DNA from: the human T2T-CHM13v2.0 reference genome, Homo sapiens
NCBI RefSeq assembly: GCF_009914755.1
Contig: NC_060926.1
Direction: 5' to 3' (one strand)
Length of the DNA stretch: 64,000 nt
This document shows positions 1-14,359 of the stretch, one piece after another. The position numbers and the translations under genes were made by a program. The notes beneath the pieces were generated by a model, which did not search any database, was not told the DNA's origin, and was given only the letters and a program-made list of their open reading frames with translations. The number at the start of each line of letters is the position of its first letter. Within the stretch, counting starts at the first letter, position 1.

Positions 1-363
1 TCCGTCTAAGCCTGGGAAAGACTCTCAACCCCATTTGATTTGCATTTAGTTTTGGGCAAAGGCAACTGACCTCTCAGGCTGGACTCTATTTACTCCCTAG
101 GCACAATTGCTCATTAGGTCCTCAATTGCATACAGAACCAAGCTGAGCAAATCTAAGAGAATTTTCGGAACCTCAGGAAGGCAAGTGCAGACCAATGGCC
201 TCTTTCCAGATCCTAGACACACCCCATGGGCCTGAGCTCAACTCTGAAATTCAACACAGAAACTGGGGTGGGGGAGGGGAGGGCTGACAAATCAAGTGCC
301 ACCCTGGAAACTGAATCAACATCAGACACACTAATCATCTGCGACACCCTTGGAATTTTTCAG

Positions 364-489
364 ACTGTGGAGCCAATTGTCACAAACAGTGCAAAGACCT
401 CCTGGTTCTGGCCTGCAGGAGATTTGCCCGGGCGCCCTCCTTGAGCAGTGGTCATGGGTCACTGCCTGGAAGCCCCTCGCTGCCCCCAG
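364..489 (+). CDS. RASGRP3: RASGRP3 internal coding exon (end of C1/DAG-binding domain)
   Basis: tttttcag|AC...CCAG|gtaatg splice sites; 126 nt, phase 1-1; translates DCGANCHKQCKDLLVLACRRFARAPSLSSGHGSLPGSPSLPP (C1-domain C-x2-C/H-x2-C tail). Confidence 0.95.
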
Positions 490-824
490 GTAATGCCCTC
501 TGCTTTCTTTGCTGCCATGGTCTCTTTCTGCTTGCCTCCTCACACTTGGACCTCATTTAGGTTCTGGGTCTAAACCCGGTCAGTCACTCTAAACGCTAAG
601 GCCTTCTTTAGGGTGAGCAGCAGTAGCTAAACCCTTGAATCATCCTTGCTTCTCTCTGCTTTCTAGTCTCAGGAATATGTAACTTGCCTGCGGCTAATTG
701 AGTTCTGTCCCTTGTCGGTTCCTCTAGAATGTTGCATGCCAGACTCGTGCTGTTTGCACTAACCTTGATGCTTTGCTGTCAAGCAGTCAGATGTCAAATA
801 ATCACCACCCTTTTTCACTTCCAG

Positions 825-1183
825 CGCAGGATGAGGTGTTTGAGTTCCCTGGAGTCACTGCTGGACACAGGGATTTAGACAGCAGAGCCATCACACTGGT
901 TACAGGCTCTTCTCGCAAGATCTCTGTGAGGCTACAGAGGGCCACCACCAGCCAGGCCACCCAGACTGAACCTGTCTGGTCAGAGGCTGGCTGGGGGGAC
1001 TCGGGGTCCCACACCTTCCCTAAAATGAAATCCAAGTTCCATGACAAAGCAGCAAAGGACAAAGGCTTTGCCAAATGGGAAAATGAGAAGCCCAGGGTGC
1101 ATGCTGGTGTGGATGTTGTAGACCGGGGCACGGAGTTTGAACTTGACCAGGATGAAGGAGAAGAGACCAGACAGGATGGTGAG
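825..1183 (+). CDS. RASGRP3: RASGRP3 penultimate exon (C-terminal tail)
   Basis: cttccag|CG...GAG|gtaagt; 359 nt, phase-compatible with the previous exon; AQDEVFEFPGVTAGHRDLDSRAITLVTGSSRK...EETRQDGE matches the recalled RASGRP3 C-terminus. Confidence 0.96.
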
Positions 1184-2199
1184 GTAAGTGCTAGGTCAAC
1201 CCACAAAGAAAACCAGAAGAAGGAGGCTGAAAGTGCTGAGATGAGCATTACAGAGGGTCTGGGGGGCAGCCTGGTAGTTCTGAAAGCAGAATGGTTGGGA
1301 ATGAAGACATGTATCACTTTTAGTCTTGCCACTGCCTAGCTATGTGACCCTGGACATATGTTTCTTCTTTATGGATCTCAGTATCATGATTTAAAAAAAT
1401 TGAACGAGATCAAGTTCTGAAACCTATTGAAGGCTGTCATGTGTGCGTACTGAAATGATGCCCCAGAAACCCATGACTATATATCCAAAATACCAGTACA
1501 CGATACAGATCAGCTTGGTTTTCCAAGCTAGAACCAGGGCCCAGACTCAAGAAAGGCAGTAGAAGCAAAAGACTTTTAGATAAAGAAGAATTGGAAACTT
1601 TTCATTCTGCTCAAAAGAAGCTTTTGACAGCATCATGGAAAAGGGGGTGGTGAGAATCAGAGATACGAGGCCCTTGAGGATCTCTAAACCAGGCTCTGCC
1701 TCCGCATGAGCAAAATCATGCAAAGCAAAGTAGGATGCAGATGGAATTTGTTAGAGTATGCTGACACAGAAATTGATTCAAGATGGAGTTAGATAAATTT
1801 ATTAGTTAACAGTCTATAGTGTATTAAGAGAAAGGATTTGAGAAAATTGGCATGATATTCCTAACATTTAAAGCAATGTCATGGAGGACAGCCATTGCCA
1901 CCCTGTCGAATTGTTCTCATAAACAGAATATTGGGTTAGGCAGAGATCCTACTGGATCAAGCCAGTGCTCTTTAGTCTTATGGGTGGTCCTCCACATTCC
2001 ACTCTTCAGGAGACCTAAACACACGTCTCCATACATTTCCCATGATGAGAAAAACTCCAGTGACCTTTAGCCAGAAATTCCCCTAGTTCCTTCCTCACTG
2101 AAGGCAGTGCATAAGGAGGCCACCCATTATCTCTGGTCATACAAGGTTTATTGTAAGTTTCTGCTGAAACACTTTTTTTGTTTCTATAACATCCACTTT

Positions 2200-2432
2200 T
2201 AAAAACAGCTTTGAGATGTAATTCATATGCCATGAAACTGACCCATTTAAAAGTATGCAATTTAGTATACTTTCAGTATGCTTTTAGTATACTCACAAAG
2301 TTGTGCAACCATCACTACAATCTAATTTTAGAACATTTTCATTATTCCAAAAAGAAATCCTACACCCACGAGCAGTCATTCTCCCCCAACTCACCCCAGC
2401 CAACTAATTTATTTTCTGTCTCTATAGATTTG
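2200..2432 (-). mobile_element. L1MB-type LINE-1 3' end fragment
   Basis: Typical L1MB 3'UTR text (cacaaagttgtgcaaccatcactacaatctaattttagaacattttc). Confidence 0.7.
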
Positions 2433-3090
2433 CAATGCCCACTTTATTTTTAACATTTCCCCCACTGATCATCTTGACAACTGTATCAGTCCTATCCCCC
2501 TACTTCTTTTACTGGCCTAGCACAGTTCAAGCTGGGAATATAAACGAGAATAAGAGAAAGATCATGATTAGGTGTCAACAGCTCTTAACCCGAGGTCTAT
2601 TTAATGGCTTTAGGGTGTTCATGACAGTACTTTATACTCCGTGTAAAATATACATGGACATATGGTCACTTCTGGGAAGAGGAGTCCATGCATTAAACAA
2701 ACAGATTCTCCTGGGGGGTATGTGATCCAAAAAAGCAAAGAATCATTGTGCAAGAAGATTTTCTGGATTCCCTGTCTAGTCACCCCATACACTAACTCAG
2801 CCTGCAGAGGCTGTTTCCGTGGGTGCTGTAGCTGCCCCTGGAATGTCAGAAAAAGAGCTTCTCCAGGTAGATGGTAGGACGCCTACCAGAGTGCTCAGGA
2901 TGGCGCCCACCTTGTGGGCATCTCTGAATTCAGAGGAGAACCTGCTTTTGTTTAACAAATAGTGAAATTGGCCATGAGCTCATTACTATTGGCCTCTCAC
3001 AGTTCAAGTTACTTAAAAACTGTGCTTCTGAGTTAGGAGAAATTCACAGCCTGTTGGGTGTAAGACAATCAAATAGGTAAGATATCCTGA

Positions 3091-3568
<478 letters not shown>

Positions 3569-4414
3569 TAATTTCATCTGTGCTAATTAATGAAGGACGT
3601 ATGCTCTTATATGAAATGCATATATATGGTATACAGTTCCAGTACCATTCAAATCAGTAACAAATGAGATGTTTGCTCTGTTTAGGGAATAAGGAAGAAG
3701 GGAAAAAAAATGACAAAATTATACCCAGCGGTTGAATATGTAGACAAAGGAGTTTGCAAATTTAAGATTTTTTTTTTTTCTGCCAGGCAAGACCAATAAA
3801 TGGCATTAGGAGCACTGACCTACACATTTATTATTTAGTATCAGATGATGTTTGTGAGTCCTGTAGTTAAAGACTTTAGAACACAGAAAAGGTACGTGTG
3901 TTTGTAATCTGTGTATTTCCTCCAACGGAGTTCCAGGATTTACGCTCATTTTAAAATATAAGGGTACGAACATTTTCTGTGGCAGTGTATGTCATCTCCC
4001 CAATGACCACTACATGTCAGAACAGTTCAAGATTACTCTCTTGGCAGTAAGAATACATGTATTTCCTTTAAACTTCTTCTTTTGTTTTCCTTTATCTTCT
4101 ACTAAATTAAATTTAGTCAACAAATACTTATCATAAAAGGGTTGGGAAATGCTGACTAAATAAAATGGAATATGTTTATGAATATATGTAATATACATAG
4201 TCATACATATGTACATATACATATGTAGATTTACAGATTTTCTCAGTGCCCTCTTGCACTAATTTACACTGTGGATTTCTAAGAGGGAAACCTTTTAACA
4301 AGGACCATTTCAAGGGACTAATGATTTGTGGTACACCCTTTAAGGTCAACATCCTAGTTGGACTCCATATTGGAGTCTTTAAGAGTTCATATGCTGGCTG
4401 AACTACATGATCTC

Positions 4415-4731
<317 letters not shown>

Positions 4732-4882
4732 TGATCTCCTAATTCCCACTAAATCCTGAGACTACAAGGTACTGATCATTTCAGATGTTCCCTCAAAGTC
4801 ATCTGAAAAACTGCTTTCTAGGAACACTCTTATTTTGTTATATGAGATCCAGCCATGCAATAGGTTCCAATTTGTGTTTCAG

Positions 4883-4891
4883 GATGGCTGA
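4883..4891 (+). CDS. RASGRP3: RASGRP3 last exon, coding part (Asp-Gly-stop)
   Basis: tttgtgtttcag|GAT GGC TGA completes the recalled ending ...RQDGEDG*; followed by ~2 kb of repeat-free UTR-like sequence. Confidence 0.9.
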   Translation, partial: DG

Positions 4892-6880
4892 CTTCAGGCT
4901 GCGGAAACTGAAGGCAATAATGTTGGCTTTTGGAAGGGGCAAGACGAGAAACTCTGAAGAAAGCTCTGACTCTCAGGAAGTTATCTGGAAAGATACCTGG
5001 ATGTTTACTGCCTTGGGACACTGTGGGATCTCCATGTTTGGACTATGGGACAGAGAATTGACCCTAACTAACTATGAACTATTTATTTCCTCCTCCCCTA
5101 CCCCTAGTTAAGTGCCACAAAGACTGTGTTATGTAGTCAGTACTTTTCTCATGTATCTTTCTCTAGACCATTTATATACGGGTGAAATGAAAGCTTTTTT
5201 GCATGTACTTGATACTCAGTCTGTAAACTCAGACTTCGCTTTTTTTGTGAGACTATCCTTTCAATATTTTTATAAACTTTTGTGTGTGCTGTGGCAGGGA
5301 ACAGTTAACAAGGAGTTTATTTAGAGGGGTTTTTTTCATTTTTTGTTTTTCTTGTTTTGTTTTGTTTTGTTCTTCTTGGTGTGCTTTTTGGATGGGACCA
5401 GAACTTAACATTTTCCTGAGGACTAGGAAGCTCATCAGACACTGGAATGCAGTGATTCTTCTAATGATGGTCAACTGCAAGGAGAAACTGTTTACATCCT
5501 TCCCACTACACAGTTGCTATGATATGTAACAAGTCACACATGTATATATCACACAAGTCTTACCAATTCTGCGTCACTAGGAAGCTATAGCATGGTCGTG
5601 AAAGCTCTCCTAATACTTACTTAAATAGCCATGGAAGAAAATTATGCTTGTCCCTTCTGACTGGGTTAAGCCATCTTTCTTAAGATTCCTGAAGTAGAAA
5701 TAGCAATTAAGAAATTAATTCAAGTTTTGACGGTTAACATTTAGCAGAAAAACAAACCATTGAATAAGCTACTAGGTGAAATGCAAAACAACCATCAATT
5801 TTTTTAAAAACTCAATAATTTTGTGAAAAAAAAAACCACCACCAAACTTTTGGTTGTAAAAGAGAACCCTTGTTCCCTTCCTAAGAAACTGCCTTCCACA
5901 ATTAAAGAATACTCATAGAAAGAAAATAATCATAAATCATATTTGATTAACATTTCATTTAAGCTTTTAAAATATCAATTTTTTAAATAGCTCCCATTTA
6001 CCCAAAATAACTAGTTATGGGTCTATTTCTTCCATGATTAGAGGAGAGAGAACTTGATTCAAGATACTGAAAAATAGAGCTGGGACTGAGCCTGTGAATG
6101 ACAGGAATGATCTATTACCAGGTGACTAGTCGGAAACTACACAGAGGTGCACTGGTCTGCATTTGGGGGCTAAAGTGTATATATTCCATTTAAAATGGAA
6201 TTTGTTTGTATTTGGGGCAGTCTTCAGTAAAGCCTTTCTCCTTTCTTTTCTCCATTGAGGACAGTTCTGCTCAGCAAAATTGTTGAGTACCTGTTCTGGG
6301 CAGGTCCCACGCTATATGCACAAAGTTAAGAAAAACTTGGTCTTAGCCCTTGGGAGCTGACAGCCCATGGGCATTAAGGCAAAGTAGTTCCAGTGATTTA
6401 AAATACGGTTCCAAATACGCTAAAACCAACTTGTGCCAACCAGATTTACAGATTGGAAATACTGCAGATGATGTGAAGTTATCAGTTGGAGGAGCTGTGA
6501 TTAAGCTGGATAATAAGAGAACGTGCCATCTGTAAAGCACTCAGAAGGCAGCCATCCCTAGATGTTGGTTTCATGTATATTACACTATCTACTACTATCC
6601 ATAAATGCAATGATATGCATGTTAACAACATTAAAAACAGCAAACAGCAATCTAAGTACAGAAAAGCTTTTTGTGTGTTTAAAAAAATTGAAGAAAATTC
6701 AGGAAGAAACGTGTTAATAAACATTGTACTGTTCTTTTGCTTCTCAAAGGAATTATTCACTTGCCACTTTGGTTATTTTTGAGTTTTCGTACATAGGAAG
6801 TTTTATATTGCCAGCCTTCCTGTGATAAAGATATTAAATGTAACTTGAGTAAAAAATAAAAAAGAATAACTATGTATATA
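4892..6880 (+). other. RASGRP3: RASGRP3 3'UTR (end approximate)
   Basis: Repeat-free AT-rich sequence after the stop, ending at clustered polyA signals followed by GT-rich downstream sequence. Confidence 0.75.
6855..6860 (+). terminator. RASGRP3 polyadenylation signal AATAAA (alternative AATAAA at 6716-6721, ATTAAA at 6833-6838)
   Basis: Hexamers seen; TGTA at ~6839 upstream and TG-rich tract at ~6904-6920 downstream. Confidence 0.65.
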
Positions 6881-6926
6881 CATATATAAATTACATATGG
6901 GCCTGTATATTGTGTGTGTATATACA

Positions 6927-7152
6927 CAGTAAGTCCTCATTTGTCCATAGATTCTTGGAAACTGCTACTTTAACAACTTGAAGTTGGTCTTGAAACAACT
7001 ATAACAAGACCAACTTTTTTTCTCATCAACGTTGTAATGAAAGGAAATTGAATGAAATTACCTTGTGGAGGACCAGTTTGAACACTTCATTTGACTTAAA
7101 GTTGCTATTTCCAAGAATCTACAGACCATGTTAAGTGAGGACTTACTTACTG
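6927..7152. mobile_element. TcMar-Tigger non-autonomous DNA transposon (MER6B-like)
   Basis: TIRs cagtaagtcctca ... tgaggacttac(ttac)tg followed by TA; internal inverted ttcttggaaa/tttccaagaa. Confidence 0.7.

Positions 7153-7154
<2 letters not shown>

Positions 7155-7195
<41 letters not shown>
7155..7195. repeat. (CA)n microsatellite
   Basis: About 20 CA units, one interruption. Confidence 0.95.
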
Positions 7196-8183
7196 CCCCC
7201 TATTATTACTTTGCTGAAGACTAATTTAAGTCTATAACAAAACTGCCTTATAATTATGATTATATCATTTACTGACAACCAGTGACTCTGATGTTTCCAA
7301 TCTATCAATTTCCCATCATCAGTAAAATAAAATAGGCAAATCCACGATGGGGCAAAAAGAACAATCACAATTGACTCCTCCTCACCTTCATTTTGTAGGT
7401 CTGATGATCACTGTCGCCCTGAAAATTGAAAGGAAAAACAAAAGTAAACTCTTCTTAACAATGAAAATGAGGTATGAAGGCAGGATTTATTAAATGCTTC
7501 AATTGCATCTTCATTGGAGCATCTACAAATTGACTGATGCTTTCTCAGACCTGCCTAAACCATAGGAGCCATGATTGGTTATTTGAACCCTTGTGTTGAG
7601 TGGATATCCCTTGAAGCAATAATGTGCCCAGATTTTCATGGTAAGTTTCTACAATGGACAGAGGAGTTTGCATTTTAAAAATGAAGGCAGGACTTCTGCA
7701 GAAGAGAACGTCAAACTGTTATTGATGGTAGGAAGCTTAATTATTCCTAAGATAAATATGTGAATTTTGCCAAAATATATAAAGCTCTAGAATGACTGAG
7801 GAGATCAATTCAGTGAAACTGTACCACAAAAGTGTACCTTTAGCACGCAATTCCCAACCAGACTGAAATCTCATCTTGGCTGCTTACAGTCATGGAATCC
7901 TGGGCAAGTCAGGTACATCTATTTGAGCCCTCAATTTCTTCATTTGAAAAAAAGAGATTTCACCACCCTCTTCAACTACCTCATAGAGTTTTGGTAAAGA
8001 TCAAGTCAGATAATATATGTAAAAGTATTTGTAAAGACCTTATGTTATTATTATTTTGCAATTAAGCAGGATTCTTCTCTAAAACTGTCTCAAGAGCCCA
8101 GATTTTCTCTATATTATATGGCTGTATATTTGGAGGCTCTAAACCCAATATTTAACTAAATTTTCTGTTAAAAAAAGATGTAT

Positions 8184-8476
<293 letters not shown>

Positions 8477-9221
8477 GATTAAACAGAAGTATTAATGAAA
8501 ATAGTCAAAAGAGATTTTCTTATTTCTGGCACTATGTGTGTGTAGGATTAGTTCTGGTTTGATTGTAACACTGACTAGTCTTGTCCTGTTTGAAAACAGG
8601 CCTGCAAGATTAAGAAACCAAATGAGTAAAATGTAAATGAGGTTAGAGAAAAATCCATATATTGGGTATACATAAATGGGATAAAATATAAATATATTCA
8701 AAAGGTTGCCTCTTAAAAGAATTTATTAGTTTACACAGGGAGACAGGAGGAAAACCAACATTACTTTTTAAAATAAAAAGCATTTACTTGATAACTGGAA
8801 TGTATTTTACAACTATTGAAGGTGGGTAAGTATAGGAAACTACTTGGCATTTAAGGCTTAATCAGGAAATGGCTTCCTCCTGGCTGCATCCAAAACCTGC
8901 TGGCCTAAGTCTAGAGAGCACTCAGACCTCAAACAAAAATGATTACTTTATCTTGTCTTTCAAAAATGTTACTAGCATATCACGTTGGAATTCATACCCA
9001 TTCAGAATCTAAGTGACATGCAGTTTATCCACAGGAGCATGAAGAAGGAATTACTTGGAGTATTCTACAAAGCAACTGGCCTGAACACTTCAAAAATAAA
9101 ATATCACGAACAGAAAAAGGAGGGAAAGGGCAATTTTGGATCAGAAAAGATTGAATGAAACACAACAGTGAAATGCGATGTTACAAACCTTGATTGGATT
9201 CTGGGTCAAATTTTGAAGAAA

Positions 9222-9385
9222 GCAGTGGCTCACGCCTATGGTCCCAGTGATTTGAGAGGCTGAGGCAGGAAGACTACTTAAACACCGGAGTTCAAGGCTG
9301 CAGCGAGCTATGATTGTACCACTGCACTCCAGCCTGGGCAACAGAGCGACACACTGTCTGGATTAAAAAAAAAAAAAAAAAGAAA
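9222..9385 (+). mobile_element. Free Alu monomer (FRAM/FAM-like)
   Basis: Single right-arm-type monomer with polyA. Confidence 0.75.
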
Positions 9386-9395
9386 AGGAAAGTAA

Positions 9396-9721
<326 letters not shown>

Positions 9722-10589
9722 CACACATACACACACACCAGGCGGCAGCAAATATCTTACACACACACGCACACGCACACACACCCGGCGGCAGCAAATA
9801 TCCCGCTCAGAGAGAAGGGCACACTCTGAAGTGCAAATCCTCAATCTTCATTTACAACAGAAGAAACAAGGATATATTAGCTGGTGGCAGGAGCTTCCCG
9901 GGCCTGTTTGGTTCTGAGAAGCAGGAGAGCCAGGGCACACTGACAAGAAATATTTGCTAGAAGCAATCTGTCTCTGTGACAGCAGAATGCCAGAGGCTCT
10001 TTATGATGAAAAAAAACAAAAAATCCCATAGTTGCCAGTGCCCAGCAAGATGTTAAGACTAATTGAACTCACACTCAAAACCTAGGATAATAGAAATTTC
10101 ACCTGGCCTGAACTCTACTCTGGTTCCTTCCCTACAGGAACTTCCCACAGATTTTGAATAAAAGCTCAAAATTAAAACAGAGGTAAAACCAAAACCAAGG
10201 GGATATGAGAAGAAAAAAAAAAAGGACAGTTAAACAGATGTCAGAAAACTCACCAGAAAACAAAATTGCTACAGAGCATATGAAAATTGTTTTTCCAAGA
10301 ATTAAAGCTACTTAATGAATTCCTGACTCACAGAAATCATGGTAATAATAAATGTTTATTGTTTTATGTTATTAGGTATTAGGGTATTTTGCTACACAGC
10401 ACACATGAATATAATATCCTACAAGGCAATTAAACCATAATCTTTGAGGTTATCTTCTCTACTAGACAGAAATAATTTACACCTCTACCCGATAAAAAAT
10501 CTGTTGTATCTTACCCATTTTCTGGAAGTTAGAAACTGAGCCCTAATCCATAGTAAATAGTAAATGAAACAAAAATACATTCCTGTAAA

Positions 10590-10806
10590 GAAGGTTCCTA
10601 TATCTCTGTACTATTGACATTTGGGGCCAGAGAATTCTTTGTTGGGAAGTGGGAAGGGGGCTGTCCTGTGCGCTGTAGGGTATTTAACAGCGTCCCTGGC
10701 TTCTGCCTTCTAGATACCATTAGCACTTCCTTTATAACCAAAAATGTCTTCAGACATTTCCAAATGTCCCCTAAGTGACAAAATTGCTACTGGCTGAGAA
10801 CCACTG
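10590..10806. mobile_element. MER20 (hAT-Charlie)
   Basis: ctattgacatttggggccag...ctgtcctgtgcgctgtagg...aaatgtcttcagacatttccaaatgtcccct...gagaaccactg. Confidence 0.8.
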
Positions 10807-10809
10807 TCC

Positions 10810-10975
10810 ATGCATCAGAGTCACCTGAAGGTTTGTTAAAGCACAGATTGCTGGGCCTCATTCACAGTTTCTGATTCGGTTGGTCTGGGGTGGGGCCTGA
10901 GAACTTGCATTTCTAAGTTCCCAGGTGATGCTGGCGCTGATGATGCTAGTTGGGTACTGAACTTGAGAACTGCTT
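10810..10975. mobile_element. MER5A (hAT-Charlie)
   Basis: gcatcagagtcacctgaagg...cagattgctgggcc...ggtctggggtggggcctgagaacttgcatttctaa...cccaggtgatgctg. Confidence 0.8.
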
Positions 10976-11523
10976 CTAGAAAGACAGATGGCTCTCAAGC
11001 AGGCTTGTCAGACACTGCTGCAGAATGACACCCGAGGACATACAGCCATCTTCTGCCTTATTTCCAGGTTTTAGGTCCCTTCTTTTTTTTTGCAATTCTT
11101 TCTAAAGAAGTGTAAGGTGAAGGCAATTCTACATAGTTATAAAGGTCCACATTACAGCAAAATTTTAATTCTTCCTAAATATCAGAGTAAATGCAAAAAA
11201 CCAAAGCAAAGAGACTCTATACGAAAGTTAAAAGTTATAAAAACAGAAAACAGAACTTATATATAAGAGAACTAAGTTCAAACATCTGTTATATAAATGG
11301 GCTAAACTCACTTTTTTTTAAAGGGTACTCAGACTGATAACACCACCACCAAAAAACCCCAATTCTATGCTGTGCACAAGAGACCTGCTGTAAAGTGATT
11401 CAGGTGGCTGAAAACTTTTTTAAATGGGCAAATATATACCAAACAAACGCAAGCAGAAAGAAAACATTGATCATAAATATAGTATCACACAAAATTAAAT
11501 TCAAGGCAAAAGGCACAAAAAAA

Positions 11524-11825
<302 letters not shown>

Positions 11826-11846
11826 GGCACAAAAATAGACAAAAAT

Positions 11847-12200
<354 letters not shown>

Positions 12201-12369
12201 TTATGAATATCTTTGTACCAAATTATAGAGCATCATCATTTACAGAACAAAAAGAATAGATGATTCAAAGATACACAGAAATATATTAGTGGTATAAAAT
12301 ATGTATTATCCTCTCACTCAGCTCATGATATAACCAAGTACCAAGTACACAAAAAATAAGGCGCTTAGA

Positions 12370-12660
12370 CCTGTGCCATTCAACACGGTAACCACTAGGT
12401 ACATGTGGCTAACGAGCACTTGAAATATGACTAGTCCAAATTGACAGGTGCCATAAGTACAAAATATGCCAGATTTCAAATAGCACAAAACAAAGAAGGT
12501 AAATAAGTTGTTAATAATTTTTTCTATTGATATATGTAAAATAATGGTTTTTATATAATGGGTTAAATAAAATTTCACTTTTAAAAAACTTCCTTAACAC
12601 AGTTACTTTAAACTTGAAATTGAATGTGTGGCCTGTATTATATTTCAATTAAGACAGTGA
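12370..12660 (-). mobile_element. MER33 (hAT-Charlie)
   Basis: ggtaaccactaggtacatgtggctaacgagcacttgaaatatgactagtccaaattga ... gtggcctgtattatatttc. Confidence 0.75.
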
Positions 12661-12734
12661 TGCTGCTCTAGAACTAATTAACAAGGTAGATCTAAATACT
12701 TACAACAGCTAAAACATATATAGTATTTATTCCA

Positions 12735-12945
12735 TTCCAGACACTGTTCAAGATATTTTGCACATATTAATGCATTGAGTCCTCTCAACACCCTAAGAGG
12801 TAGATGCTATTATTATAGCCATTAGCCATTTTACGGATGAAGAAACTGAGGCACAGAGAAATGAAGTAATTTGCATAAGATCACAGTAGTGAATCTGACG
12901 TTTGGTTCTCATCAATCTGGCTCCAGAGTCTGTACTCTAAACCAT
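12735..12945 (-). mobile_element. MIR SINE
   Basis: MIR core ccattttacggatgaagaaactgaggcacagaga. Confidence 0.8.
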
Positions 12946-13464
12946 GATGCTACAATTGATAAATGTGCATAGTGAACTCTGTCCTTTGAAAACAAAGATA
13001 CATCTCCTGTTCCATCTTCAGTAAGACAGCCACAAAAATTGACCACAGATTAGGCCACAAGAGAAATATCAAGTTTCAATCCTGCGAAATAATACAGAGG
13101 AAATTATGCTGTAATGCCATAAAATTAGAACTTGAGAGCAAAACTAGAAAAATGAAGTAGCTAAAGTTCAGAAATGAAAACAAAACAACACAAAACCTAC
13201 CTCTTCTAAAGAACTCTTGAATAAGAGAGGAAATCAAAGTCTAGCAAATGATCATGAAAATACAGATCAGAATAACTACAAGATTCAGCCTCAGCACTAC
13301 TCAGAGAAAAAGTTTTAGTCTTAAATACGTTCATAGACAAGAAAGAGTACAAATAAATGGCTAAACTTCTCAAATCCAAGCCAAAAAATAAAAACCACAA
13401 GTGAATAATTTTCTAGGAAATTATAATTTACAAAAACTGATCTAAGAATTAAAAAAAAAAAAAA

Positions 13465-13796
<332 letters not shown>

Positions 13797-14359
13797 CTAT
13801 TGTCCAAAATTACCATCGGGCTCAGAAAATTTTTATTGAATTTTTAAAGTGTAGATAATTTCAGTGTAACTTACATTGTTTTAAAACACAAAGAAAAAAC
13901 TTCTAGAAGCTTTTAAATGAAGGGAATATAACATTATTCTGCAATAGGACTGTTTGTGAAGAAACAAATAAAATAAAAATAAAACGACAATAACAACAAC
14001 AAAAAGAAAATATAACATTGATACCAAAACCCAGTAAGAATTGTCCAAATTAAGAGAACTGGAATAATCTCATTTCTGAATATCAAGGCAAATCAGAATG
14101 CTGTAAATACAGTAAAAATATGAAAATTCTTAGTAGAAATTCAAGAATGGCTCAATATTCATATATTTATGAATATAAGAATGCTAATAATATAAAAAGA
14201 ATAAAACTATATGATCATAATAAATACTAAATAAATGTTTGACAGAATTCAACATATATTTTGATTTAAAAATTCTTAAAAGTCAAAATAAAAATTTCTA
14301 AAAATGATTAAAATATATCTATTTCAACCCTAAAACCATCATGATCCCTTACAAAAACA

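Noticed and set aside
802-1332. 176-aa minus-strand ORF
   Set aside because: Antisense shadow of the RASGRP3 exon; Ser-rich, with no independent splice or promoter support
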